A stretch of 64,000 nt of DNA, from assembly GCA_035063585.1 (NCBI GenBank), contig JAPSGB010000004.1, positions 32,001 through 96,000 of the forward strand, read 5' to 3'. The DNA comes from Polyangiaceae bacterium (GTDB lineage: Bacteria > Myxococcota_A > Polyangia > Polyangiales > Polyangiaceae). Within the stretch, counting starts at the first letter, position 1. Every line of letters begins with the position of its first letter. Below the pieces are notes generated by a model. That model searched no databases. It was not told the origin of the DNA and was given only the letters and a program-made list of their open reading frames with translations. This document shows positions 41,514-50,658 of the stretch, piece after piece. Made by a program: the position numbers and the translations under genes.

Positions 41514-42584
41514 ATGATCGCCCTCCAGGCCGTCCGACCGGAAGCGCTCGCCGCCGCGGCGTCGCCGATGACGCTCGCCGAGGCGCGCAAGCTCGTCTCC
41601 GCGGTCCATCGGCTGGGCGTCCTCCCCGAGCGCGTCCCGCACGTGCGCCGCGCGGCGCTCGAGGTGGCTCGCGCTCGCGGACACCTGCCCGCGCTCCGGC
41701 TGGTCGCCGAGCAGGCGAGCGCGCTCGATCCGTTCGTGAAGCTCGCCTTCGAAGCGCCCGACCAGCGTCGCTTCGAGACGGTCCGCATCCCTCTCGAGCG
41801 GCCCGGGCGGTACAGCGTGTGTGTAAGCTCGCAGGTCGGCTGCGCGCTCGCCTGCACGTTCTGCGCGACCGGCCGCATGGGCCTCGCGCGGAACCTCGAG
41901 ACCTGGGAGATCGTCGAGCAGGTCCGTGAGGTCGATCAGCGGCTCCGGGGTGTCGGTCCGGCGCGAAGCCGCGCGGGGCGGCCGCGCGTGCACGGCGTGG
42001 TCTTCCAGGGCATGGGCGAGCCGCTCGCGAACCTCGACCGCGTCCTCGAGGCGATCGGCGTGCTCACCGAGCCGTCGGCGCTCGCCATCGACGCGCGCGC
42101 CATCACGGTGTCGACCGCGGGGCTCCCCGCCGGGATCCTGCGCCTCGCGCGCGAGGCGCCCCGCGTGCGCCTCGCCGTCTCGATCGGCCACGCCGATTCC
42201 GCGACTCGCCGACAAATCATGCCGGTAACCCGCGCGCACTCGCTCGACGAGGTGCTCGACGCGGCGGCCGGGCACGCGCGCATCACGCGCCTCGCGCCGC
42301 TCTGGGCCATCACGCTGCTCGAGGGCGTGAACGACGCCCGTGAAGACGCGGTGCTGCTCGCTCGGCGCGCGCTCGAGTTCGCCGCCGCGACCGGCGTCAG
42401 GCCGCGCCTCAGCGTGCTCGCGTACAACCCGGACGGTGAGGGCGCGCCCTATCATCGCTCGTCGCCGGAGCGCGAGCGCGCGTTTCGCGAGGCGCTCCAC
42501 GCGGTCGGCGTGCCGACCCATCGGCGTTATAGCGGCGGCAGCGACGTCGCGGCGGCGTGCGGTCAGCTCGCGCTCCGCGAATGA
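41514..42584 (+). CDS. RlmN/Cfr-family radical SAM methyltransferase (divergent paralogue)
   Basis: CVSSQVGCALACTFCATG, GMGEP, AACGQL. Confidence 0.88.
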   Translation: MIALQAVRPEALAAAASPMTLAEARKLVSAVHRLGVLPERVPHVRRAALEVARARGHLPALRLVAEQASALDPFVKLAFEAPDQRRFETVRIPLERPGRYSVCVSSQVGCALACTFCATGRMGLARNLETWEIVEQVREVDQRLRGVGPARSRAGRPRVHGVVFQGMGEPLANLDRVLEAIGVLTEPSALAIDARAITVSTAGLPAGILRLAREAPRVRLAVSIGHADSATRRQIMPVTRAHSLDEVLDAAAGHARITRLAPLWAITLLEGVNDAREDAVLLARRALEFAAATGVRPRLSVLAYNPDGEGAPYHRSSPERERAFREALHAVGVPTHRRYSGGSDVAAACGQLALRE

Positions 42585-42597
42585 TGGGGGGCTCGGC

Positions 42598-43044
42598 TCA
42601 CGAGTACGGCGGCTTGCCCTTCGGCCAGTCCGTCGAGATCTGGTGACCGTATAGATCGACCAGGAGCTTTACGGCGTCGGCGTTCTGCATCAAGAAGCGC
42701 ATGTCGCCGCGAATCTTGATCTTGCCGCGGAGCCCGGCCGTGATGGGGTCGAGCTCGCCGGCGGCGATGCCCTCCCACACCGTCGCGGGCGCGGTGAAAC
42801 GAAAATCGAGGCCCTTGCCGTCATGACGACCTTCGAGCGGCTTGTAGTCGGTCACTTCGCCGCCATCTAGGACGATGAGGAAGTCCACCCGCGCCTCGGC
42901 TGGCACGTATGGCGAGGTCGAGTCACCGAGCACCTCGAGCGCCATCGCCATGCGGCGCGTCGGCGCGATCTTCCGAAACTCGGCCGAGCCGTTGATGAGC
43001 TGCTTCATGTCGTCGTACCAAGCCTCGGAATAGATGACGGACAT
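42598..43044 (-). CDS. SCP2 sterol/lipid-binding domain protein
   Basis: WEGIAAGELDPITAGLRGKIKIRGDM; AAGGAGG RBS before ATG 43044. Confidence 0.85.
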   Translation of the reverse strand: MSVIYSEAWYDDMKQLINGSAEFRKIAPTRRMAMALEVLGDSTSPYVPAEARVDFLIVLDGGEVTDYKPLEGRHDGKGLDFRFTAPATVWEGIAAGELDPITAGLRGKIKIRGDMRFLMQNADAVKLLVDLYGHQISTDWPKGKPPYS

Positions 43045-43055
43045 CCACGCCTCCT

Positions 43056-43514
43056 TCAGCGGAACACGAGCCATAGCGTCACCACCAAGAGGGCGGCGAC
43101 CATGAGGACGATAGCAACTCCGCGACCCGCTCGGGATTCTTGGATCTTGAGGAGCTCGGAGACCCTCCACAAGAAGAGCGCGTCGCCGGGGCCGCAACGG
43201 ACCGAGATCTTACCGCCGAGCAGGAGCGAGCCCATGCTCTCTTCACCCGAGAGCAGGTGCGCGACCGAGAGGAAATCTCCCTTGATCCAGGGCCACGTCG
43301 CGCGCTCCGAGTCCGCGATGTCGATCCGTTCGCCGCCGAAGCTGACCCGAACTCGCACCGACGAGTCCTCGACCGCGAGCACGGTGACGGCCCCGCGGAT
43401 CCGCTCGGCCGCGCGCCGCTTCTCCTCCGAGGCCTCGAGCGTCTGTTCGAGGTACTGGTGGAGCAGATCGGCGAGCCCGCTGGCGCTCTCGGCGCCCTCG
43501 AGGACGACGCTCAC
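43056..43514 (-). CDS. SCP2-like protein with a C-terminal TM anchor
   Basis: LLSGEESMGSLLLGGKISV pattern; hydrophobic C-terminus; GTGA overlap with the upstream gene. Confidence 0.6.
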   Translation of the reverse strand: MSVVLEGAESASGLADLLHQYLEQTLEASEEKRRAAERIRGAVTVLAVEDSSVRVRVSFGGERIDIADSERATWPWIKGDFLSVAHLLSGEESMGSLLLGGKISVRCGPGDALFLWRVSELLKIQESRAGRGVAIVLMVAALLVVTLWLVFR

Positions 43515-45124
43515 ACCTCGTCCCACCAGCGCTCCATCCCGAAGTCCTCCGCGATCACTCGGAGGCAGTTGTACCCTGGCGCGAAGGTGATGTAGCCGTG
43601 CGGATGCTGCGAAGCGCCGCACATGTAGAGCCCGGAGATGGGCGTCCGGTAGTTGGCGAGCTCCTCGGTCGGACGGCGCTCGAGCAGGTTCTTCGGGTGG
43701 ACGCGCCCCACCATCCAGTCCCCGAACCGGTAGTTGATCATCTTCTCGGCGATGTCGAGCGGTGTCTCGACCGCCGTCTTCCGAGTGAGGCCCTCCGGGT
43801 TCGCGCACTCCTTCATCCACCGCGCGAGCACCTCTCTTCCGAACTCGGGGCCGCGCCGCTCCCACGCCTCGGCGCCGCCTTCGGCGAGCGTGAAGGGCGC
43901 GAACACTCGCACGAGTCCGGTCGCCTTACCCGGGGGCGCGTCGGTCGGGTCGTAGAGCGAGTTCACCGCGACGTTGAGGCGGAGCTTCTCGGGGAGCCTG
44001 CCCTGTCGGATCGCGGAGAACTCGTCGTCGAAATCGGCGAGCGAATCGAACCCGACGTTCAGGATCCACGCGCGATCGATGTCAGGATCGAACGCGGCAG
44101 CGTGGTAGCGCGGCAGCCCGTTCATCGAGGTGTGCAAGTTGAAGAGCGTCGCGTCCTGGTACTCGACCTGCTCGACCTCGCGCAGCGTGCGCTCGGGGAC
44201 GCGCTCCGGCGGGAGGAGCTTCTGGAAGGTCTGGTTCACGTCGATGCTCGAGGCGACCAGCTTGTGCGCCCGGACGAAGCCGCTCGGTGTGCGGACACCG
44301 ATGGCGCGGCCGTCTTCCACGACAATTTCCTCGACCGGGACCTGCGGAAACACGCGCCCGCCCGCGCGCACGATGACGCGCATCAGCGCGTGCGCGAGGC
44401 GGTGGCTCCCGCCGAGGCAGAGGTGCCAGTTCGTGATCTTGCCGAGCAGGACCGGGTAGCTCACCGCGAGCCCCTTGACGTGCGGCTGGTAAGCGCAGAT
44501 GGCCGCGTGGAACGCCAGCATCGCCTTGATGCGATCGTTCTCGAAGTGGCGGTTCAGGAAATCCGCGACCGACATGCTCCGAAGCCGCGCCGTCAGGAAT
44601 TCCGTGCGATCCTCCACGCCCCACGAGGCGAGCGCGCGGGTGAGATCGCGGAGGCTGATGGGCGGCGCGAACATCAGCGTCCGCACCATCAAGTCCATGA
44701 AGCCGCTCACCTCGTCGTAGAGACGCATCCAGGTATCGGCGTCCTTCTTCGAGAAGCGCGCGAAGCTCTGGTAGGTCTTGGCCATGTCCGTGTGGATGGT
44801 CATGGCGGTCCCGTCGGTGAAGATGCTGCCCATCTGCACCTCGGGGTGCGCGTACTCGACGCCGTTGTCGAGGAGCGCGAGGTCGTCATAGACGGGGCTC
44901 AAGCCGACCAGCGAGTGATAGTTCGAGTGCAGGTTGTGGAGAAAGGCGGGCTCGGTCACCTCCTCGGTGCAGAGCCCGCCCCCCTCCTCGGTGCGGCGCT
45001 CGAGCACGGCAACGCTCCAGCCGCTCTTGGCGAGATAGCCGGCGAGCGCCATGCCGTTGTGGCCGGCGCCGATTACGACGGCGTCGAAGCCGCCTTCGAA
45101 CATGGGGGCGGTCGCGTCGGTCAT
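43511..45124 (-). CDS. Phytoene-dehydrogenase-like FAD oxidoreductase (COG1233), copy 2
   Basis: IGAGHNG, ERRTEEGG, YRTPISGLYMCGASQHP.G...PGYN. Confidence 0.9.
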   Translation of the reverse strand: MTDATAPMFEGGFDAVVIGAGHNGMALAGYLAKSGWSVAVLERRTEEGGGLCTEEVTEPAFLHNLHSNYHSLVGLSPVYDDLALLDNGVEYAHPEVQMGSIFTDGTAMTIHTDMAKTYQSFARFSKKDADTWMRLYDEVSGFMDLMVRTLMFAPPISLRDLTRALASWGVEDRTEFLTARLRSMSVADFLNRHFENDRIKAMLAFHAAICAYQPHVKGLAVSYPVLLGKITNWHLCLGGSHRLAHALMRVIVRAGGRVFPQVPVEEIVVEDGRAIGVRTPSGFVRAHKLVASSIDVNQTFQKLLPPERVPERTLREVEQVEYQDATLFNLHTSMNGLPRYHAAAFDPDIDRAWILNVGFDSLADFDDEFSAIRQGRLPEKLRLNVAVNSLYDPTDAPPGKATGLVRVFAPFTLAEGGAEAWERRGPEFGREVLARWMKECANPEGLTRKTAVETPLDIAEKMINYRFGDWMVGRVHPKNLLERRPTEELANYRTPISGLYMCGASQHPHGYITFAPGYNCLRVIAEDFGMERWWDEV

Positions 45125-46752
45125 CAGTAAAACCTCGTGGGGCTCTGCCAGCTCGGCGGGAGCCCGAAGTCCTCACACATCACCTTGAAGCAGTTGTAGC
45201 CGCAGGCGGCGGTGACCCCGCCGCCCGGGTGGGTACAGCTCCCCGCCAGATAGAGCCCCGGGATCTCGGTGCTGTGGTGCGACGCGCCGGCGAAGGGACG
45301 GAGCCCGGTGAGCTGGTCGATGCTCATGCGACCGTGGCTGAAATCCCCCTCGCGCATCCGCATGCTGCGCTCGTGGTCGAGCGGAGTGTGGAGCGAGTGC
45401 GCGATGATGTTGTCGCGCGTCATGTTGGGGGCAAACTCCGCGTAGAGGTCGAGGAAGCGGTCGTTGTACGTCTCGCGAACGTTCTCCCAACCCGCCTCGT
45501 CGAGCGCGCTGGCGCGCGGAAAGAAGTACCACCCGGTGAGGTTGTGCTTGCCGGCGGGCGCCTGCGTCGAATCCCAGAGCGAGTTCACCCAGATGGCGGC
45601 GGCCGGGAGCCGCGGCACGCGGTCGTCGTGCGCGTCACGGCAGTAATCGAGCACGTCCTTCGCGGAGTCGTAGCCGACGATCTGGTACCAGGCGCGATCG
45701 ATCCCGGGATCGTGCGCTGCGGACTTGTAGTGCGGTGGCTCGTGGAGCGCGACCGCGATCGAGCCGAGCACCTGATCCGGGCCGTCCTTGAAGTTCTCGG
45801 TCCGGCGCCGATAGTAGTCGGAGAGGTGCTCCGAGCCGACCAGATCGAGGAGGGTGTCCTTGAGACCGATCGCGCTCACCACGGCGCGCCGCGCGCGATA
45901 CACCGAGCCGCCGTGGAGCTCCACCCCGACCGCTCTACCGTCCTCCACGAGGATCCGCTTCACGCGGCTCGACTCCCGCATGGTGACGCCCTGGCGCAGA
46001 CACGCGGTCACCATGGCGCCGTTCAGGCGATGGGTGCCGCCCACGATCATGCGCCAGCAACCGGGCATGAACAGGCAGGAGAAGAGGAACGCGTAGCCGG
46101 ACGCCGGCCACTCGAGCGAGGAGGCGCCGAACTCGATGGACACGCGATAAAAGAGCGCGCGGATCTCATCAGCCTCGAAGGTCTCGTCGATGCAGTCGCG
46201 CACCGACTTGAACGCGAGCTCCTCGTCGAGGCCGAACCAGCTGAACCCGGAGCCCATCATGATGAACGGGTTCGGGAGCGGCTCGCCCACCTTCCACGGC
46301 AGCGGCGGCGTGTAGAGGCTCGACGCCATCATCGGCTCCATCATGTTCGCGATGGGCTTCAGCCGCCGCCAGGTGTCGGCGTCCTTCTTCGAGTAGCGCT
46401 CGAAGCTCCGCGCGGTCTCCTCGACCAGCTCGTTGCGATAGATGAGCACCGGCGGGCGGCCGTCGCGGAACGCGATGCCTGCCTGAATGTCCGGGTAGAT
46501 GGTGCGCGCGCCGAGCTTCTCCAGCTCGAAATCGGAGAAGAACGGCATCACATGGAGGAACTCCATGAAGTTCGCGTGGATGTTGTGACAGAAGCCGGGG
46601 CGGGTGGACTCCGCCGTGTACACCGCGCCTCCCCACTCGTGGCGCCCCTCGAGCACGCACACGTCGAGCCCGGCGCGCGCGAGGTACGCGGCGCAGGTGA
46701 GCCCATGGTGACCTCCTCCCACTATGACGACGTCGTGCTCGCGATGCTCCAT
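45124..46752 (-). CDS. Phytoene-dehydrogenase-like FAD oxidoreductase (COG1233), copy 1
   Basis: VGGGHHGL, GLYLAGSCTHPGGGV...GYN. Confidence 0.9.
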   Translation of the reverse strand: MEHREHDVVIVGGGHHGLTCAAYLARAGLDVCVLEGRHEWGGAVYTAESTRPGFCHNIHANFMEFLHVMPFFSDFELEKLGARTIYPDIQAGIAFRDGRPPVLIYRNELVEETARSFERYSKKDADTWRRLKPIANMMEPMMASSLYTPPLPWKVGEPLPNPFIMMGSGFSWFGLDEELAFKSVRDCIDETFEADEIRALFYRVSIEFGASSLEWPASGYAFLFSCLFMPGCWRMIVGGTHRLNGAMVTACLRQGVTMRESSRVKRILVEDGRAVGVELHGGSVYRARRAVVSAIGLKDTLLDLVGSEHLSDYYRRRTENFKDGPDQVLGSIAVALHEPPHYKSAAHDPGIDRAWYQIVGYDSAKDVLDYCRDAHDDRVPRLPAAAIWVNSLWDSTQAPAGKHNLTGWYFFPRASALDEAGWENVRETYNDRFLDLYAEFAPNMTRDNIIAHSLHTPLDHERSMRMREGDFSHGRMSIDQLTGLRPFAGASHHSTEIPGLYLAGSCTHPGGGVTAACGYNCFKVMCEDFGLPPSWQSPTRFY

Positions 46753-46932
46753 TGGGCCGCGAGTATCAGGGCAGGATCGCCGGCGCCGCGATGATGGAAG
46801 TCAACTTGAGCCCCATCAAGGCACCGGGCGCAGGGCGCGCGAGCCGCGCTTCACGGCGACCGCCCCCGGGACGTCTCCGCGCTCGCCGGGAGCGCGGAGC
46901 TCTCTGGTCCTGAGCCGCGCCGCCGAGCGCGC

Positions 46933-48207
46933 TCAGTCGCCCGAGCCGCCAGCCCCGCCGCCGCCGTCGCTCACCGGTGGCGACGCGTCCGCGCCGCCGT
47001 CGGCGGGACACCCAGGCAACGACACCGGGTCCCGAGGCGCTCCCGCGAACTTCGCCTGCGCCGCCTCGAACCCAATACCGACGCTGAGCGAATCGCACCG
47101 CTCGCTGTCATCGTTCACCCCGTTCCAGATCACGTCCGCGTTCAGCCCGAGTTGCCCGGTGGCGAGCGCGTAGAGCGGGTGCCCAGGACACAGGCCGAGC
47201 TGACCGAAGGACTCGATCAGATCGGAGCTGCGAGCGCGACCGGCGATGGTGCCGTCCGAGATGCGCCACTCACCGTCCACCTGCTCGAGCTTGCCGACCA
47301 CGAACCCGCGCTGGAGCTTGAGCGGGTACGCCCACGCGGCAGATTTACCGGGGAACCAGAAGAGCGTGTTCTCCGGGAGCTGCGCGACGATGTACCCCTC
47401 GCGAACGTACGCGCTCGGATCGTTCAAGTTGGCGGGGGGCAGGCTCTCGCCGGTGAGCGTCCCGTCATAAGTGCCGGTCTGGATCGTGAAGCGGTCGTCT
47501 ATCGTCCAGCATCCGTTCTTCTTCCACGAGCCGACCGGGGCATCCATGTCGCACTTCCAGGCGCCGCGCTCCTTCTCGAGGCCCGGAGACGGATAGAGGT
47601 CGACCCGAACGCTATCGTCATTCGGTTGCCCGTTCCACTTGGTAACCCGAAACACGAAGTTATAGTCACCCTTGCAGAGCGCGCAGTCGAAGGCGTCGTT
47701 GCTGAGCCCGAAGTCCTTCCCGATCCCTTGCAGCGACACCGCGTCCGCCTCGAGGTGCCCGAAGGTGTTGTCTCGACACTCATTGCCATCGGGGCTCTGG
47801 CCAGTGGCCGGATCGCACGCGAAGGCCTCGTCGTTGGACTTACAGGTGGGCGACAGACTGCAGAGTCCATCGAGATCGAACCCGAGGTTCTTCCACGCTC
47901 CGTCGGTCGGCTCGCCCTTGCGGTCGAGCGAGCCGAGCGCCATCGAGCGGAGCGCGAACACCAGCTCGCCCACGTCCCCGGACGGGGTGTTCTTCGGCCG
48001 GTCTTCGACCGTCGGCATCCCGGCGGACACGCACCCGTCCGCTCGCTTGTACGACCACCAGCCGAGCCCGCTGCCCCACTGGTCCCGCGGGATGGGCGCG
48101 CCCTTCGCGTGCTCGGACTTCAGCAGGGACTCGCTGTAGACGTCGCAGGCCAACGGCACGAAGAGCCCGGTGAGGAGCAGCGCCAAGAGCCAACGAACAC
48201 CACGCAT
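46933..48207 (-). CDS. Cys-rich hypothetical lipoprotein
   Basis: Lipobox PLA-C, GFDLDGLC, many paired Cys, Gly-rich tail. Confidence 0.75.
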   Translation of the reverse strand: MRGVRWLLALLLTGLFVPLACDVYSESLLKSEHAKGAPIPRDQWGSGLGWWSYKRADGCVSAGMPTVEDRPKNTPSGDVGELVFALRSMALGSLDRKGEPTDGAWKNLGFDLDGLCSLSPTCKSNDEAFACDPATGQSPDGNECRDNTFGHLEADAVSLQGIGKDFGLSNDAFDCALCKGDYNFVFRVTKWNGQPNDDSVRVDLYPSPGLEKERGAWKCDMDAPVGSWKKNGCWTIDDRFTIQTGTYDGTLTGESLPPANLNDPSAYVREGYIVAQLPENTLFWFPGKSAAWAYPLKLQRGFVVGKLEQVDGEWRISDGTIAGRARSSDLIESFGQLGLCPGHPLYALATGQLGLNADVIWNGVNDDSERCDSLSVGIGFEAAQAKFAGAPRDPVSLPGCPADGGADASPPVSDGGGGAGGSGD

Positions 48208-48379
48208 GACGCCGCAGCCTACCGCAAATCGCTCCCGCGCGGACGGATTCTCGGCCTCCCTCCTGGTCCTGCGCGCCTGCGCGGGCCGAGCCGAATTAGA
48301 AGCGCGTTCGGCGAGGGAGTCCCGCGCGCGAGTCGCCTCGCGCTCCCGAGCATGCTCCGCAGAGGAGGGGGGCGAGCTT

Positions 48380-48398
48380 GCCGGTCCGGCGCGGAATC
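48380..48398 (-). repeat. Dispersed REP-like repeat copy
   Basis: GATTCCGCGCCGGACCGGC on the minus strand, intergenic. Confidence 0.7.
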
Positions 48399-48454
48399 CC
48401 TCCGGGCGGTCGCCGCGGGGCGCGGGGGACGGCGGCGCGAGCCTCGAGCGCGCC

Positions 48455-49984
48455 TCAGCCGAGGCTCGCCGAGAGCTTGGCAGAGAGGTAGCGCGAGACG
48501 GTGATGATGGGTGTCATCGTGTGGGTCGACGAGGTTGAGGGGAAACCCGACGAGTCGAAGACGTAGACGCCGCGCGTGCCATAGACGCAGCCATCGGGAT
48601 CGGCGGCGCCGCGGCTCGCCGAGGCCGCGAAGCGCACCCCGCCCTGCTGGTGCGCCGACAGGAGGGGGGCCGTCGCAGGCTCGAGCGTGAGCGCGTCGAC
48701 GCGGTCGAGGTCCGCCTCGGAGCGCAGCTCGATGGGCCGCGAGGCGGGGACGAGGACCCGAGTCGCCCCCGCGGCGAGGTAGATCCGGGCCGCGACCCTT
48801 ACCGCCTCGCGCATGCGCTGCTTGTGCTCCGCGCTCTGCTGGTAGCGCACCACCGGGCGGCCGGCGTTCGACACCTCGACCGTCCCGGTTGCCTCATCCG
48901 GCACCAGGCAGAGCGCGGCCGCGACGTGCGCGTACGTGGTCATGAGCGTCTTTCCCTCGGCACCCGTGAAGGGGAAGAGGGTCGAGACGATCCCGGGAGT
49001 GCCCATGATGGCCTCGATGCGAAACCCGGAGAGGCCTCGCTCCGCGTCGATGCGCTCGTGGTGTGTGACCGCGTAAGCCTGCGGAATTCCGCGAAAGGCG
49101 TCCACGCGCTCGTCGAACAGACCCGTCACCGGGATCTGCGGCTGCAGTGACACGTCACGACCGACTCGCGAGTTACCGAGCCCGGAGCGGAGCAGGAGGG
49201 CCGCGCTGCCAATCGCGTTCGCCGCCAAGATGACGATCTTCGCCCGCACCTCGAAGTCACGTTGCTCGTGATACCCGCGCGGATCGAGCGTCCGCGCGCG
49301 CACGCGCTTCAGCTCGCGCGTCCCGTCGTCGATGCGGACCGCGCGCGCCCGGGTGAAGAAGCGCACGCCCACCTCCAGGGCGCGCGGTATCGAGACGAAG
49401 CGGGGGTTACGCTTGGCGTTCGCGGGGCAGCCGATGAGGCAAGTGCCGAGCCCGATGCACCCGACCCGGTTGTGCATCATGTTCTCCCCGCGCAGGCCGA
49501 GCGCCTCTGCGCCCGAGCGGAGCAGCTGGTTGGCTCGGTTGAGCTGGCTGTCGAGGATGCGCGAAGCCGAGAGATCTTCGAGCGCGGCCGCACGGTGTGG
49601 CGAGAGCGCCGCCTCCGTGAACTCGGTGAGCCCGTGGCGACGCCGCCAAAACTCGAGCACGCCGTCCGGGATCGGTACCACGTCGCAGGCGTTGATGACG
49701 CCACCACCGCCGAGCACGCGCCCTTGCAGGATCGAGACCGCGCGATTGTCCGTCATGCGGCCGCCGCGGTCCATGTAGAGCTGATCGTACATCGCGCCGT
49801 CGCGCTGGGTGAGCTCGGGGCCCGTGTAGTCTCCTCCCTCCTCGAGCACGACCACCTCGTGCCCTGCCTCGGCGAGCACGCGCGCCGCGGTCGCGCCGCC
49901 GCATCCGGAGCCGATGACGCAGATCTCGGCGTCGACTCGCCGAGGCTCGGTTCGCCGCGAGAGATCGACGAGCTCCCCGCTCAC
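48455..49984 (-). CDS. GMC family oxidoreductase
   Basis: IGSGCGG, GRVLGGGGVIN, CIGLGTCLIGC, SAHQQG; GTGA overlap with the upstream gene. Confidence 0.9.
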   Translation of the reverse strand: MSGELVDLSRRTEPRRVDAEICVIGSGCGGATAARVLAEAGHEVVVLEEGGDYTGPELTQRDGAMYDQLYMDRGGRMTDNRAVSILQGRVLGGGGVINACDVVPIPDGVLEFWRRRHGLTEFTEAALSPHRAAALEDLSASRILDSQLNRANQLLRSGAEALGLRGENMMHNRVGCIGLGTCLIGCPANAKRNPRFVSIPRALEVGVRFFTRARAVRIDDGTRELKRVRARTLDPRGYHEQRDFEVRAKIVILAANAIGSAALLLRSGLGNSRVGRDVSLQPQIPVTGLFDERVDAFRGIPQAYAVTHHERIDAERGLSGFRIEAIMGTPGIVSTLFPFTGAEGKTLMTTYAHVAAALCLVPDEATGTVEVSNAGRPVVRYQQSAEHKQRMREAVRVAARIYLAAGATRVLVPASRPIELRSEADLDRVDALTLEPATAPLLSAHQQGGVRFAASASRGAADPDGCVYGTRGVYVFDSSGFPSTSSTHTMTPIITVSRYLSAKLSASLG

Positions 49985-50505
49985 CGGTGGCTCCGCGTGG
50001 AGAAGGACGGCCCCGGGTAGCCGATGGCGGGCCAGACCGCGCGATGATCGTAGTAGACGAGCGAGAGGAACCGCTTGAGTGAGCCCGCTATCTGACGCCG
50101 AATGAGCGAGTCGCTCGAGAGCCAGCTCTCCCACTCCTCGAGCTGCTCGGCGCGCGAGAGGTTCGAAAAGGTGGCCAGCCGGCGGTCGAACAGGAGCGGC
50201 CCGAATTCGAACAGCGCGAGCGCTTGCTTCGCTTCCCGCTGCACGTCCGGCGGCTCGTCGGCGAGGTAGCCGTCGAACGCGCGCGCGAGGTCGAGCTCGT
50301 CAGCGCCCGGCGTGATGGCCCCACCCGGCGGCAAGTGCGCGCGCGCCACCGCGGCGAGCGTGCGATATTCGGCGTCACCGAGGATGCGGAGCCCCGCGAC
50401 CCGGGGCGCGCTACCGCGGAGCCCGAGGAGCGCGCCACCGCTGGCGAGCGCGGTCGCCGTGAGCCCGAGCCCGAGCAGGAGCACGCGCCGGCGCGTCACC
50501 GACAT
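49981..50505 (-). CDS. Tat-signal partner subunit (gluconate 2-dehydrogenase subunit 3-like)
   Basis: TRRRVL twin-Arg signal; YYD...WPAIGYPGP. Confidence 0.75.
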   Translation of the reverse strand: MSVTRRRVLLLGLGLTATALASGGALLGLRGSAPRVAGLRILGDAEYRTLAAVARAHLPPGGAITPGADELDLARAFDGYLADEPPDVQREAKQALALFEFGPLLFDRRLATFSNLSRAEQLEEWESWLSSDSLIRRQIAGSLKRFLSLVYYDHRAVWPAIGYPGPSFSTRSHR

Positions 50506-50658
50506 GATCGACCGCGGTGGCTCCGGCGAGCGTGGAAGGGTAGGAGCCGGGGCTCGAGCGCCGCGCGGGCGTTCGAGGGGATTCGGCGATTTCTACGCGG
50601 ATCGCGACCGCGCAGGTAGGGTCCCGGGCGCGTGGCACTTCTGATAGGCTGACGAGCC

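Noticed and set aside
42598..43514. Functional link between the SCP2 genes and Hedgehog cholesterylation
   Set aside because: They are 35 kb apart and the Hh protein lacks the Hint/sterol-recognition region.
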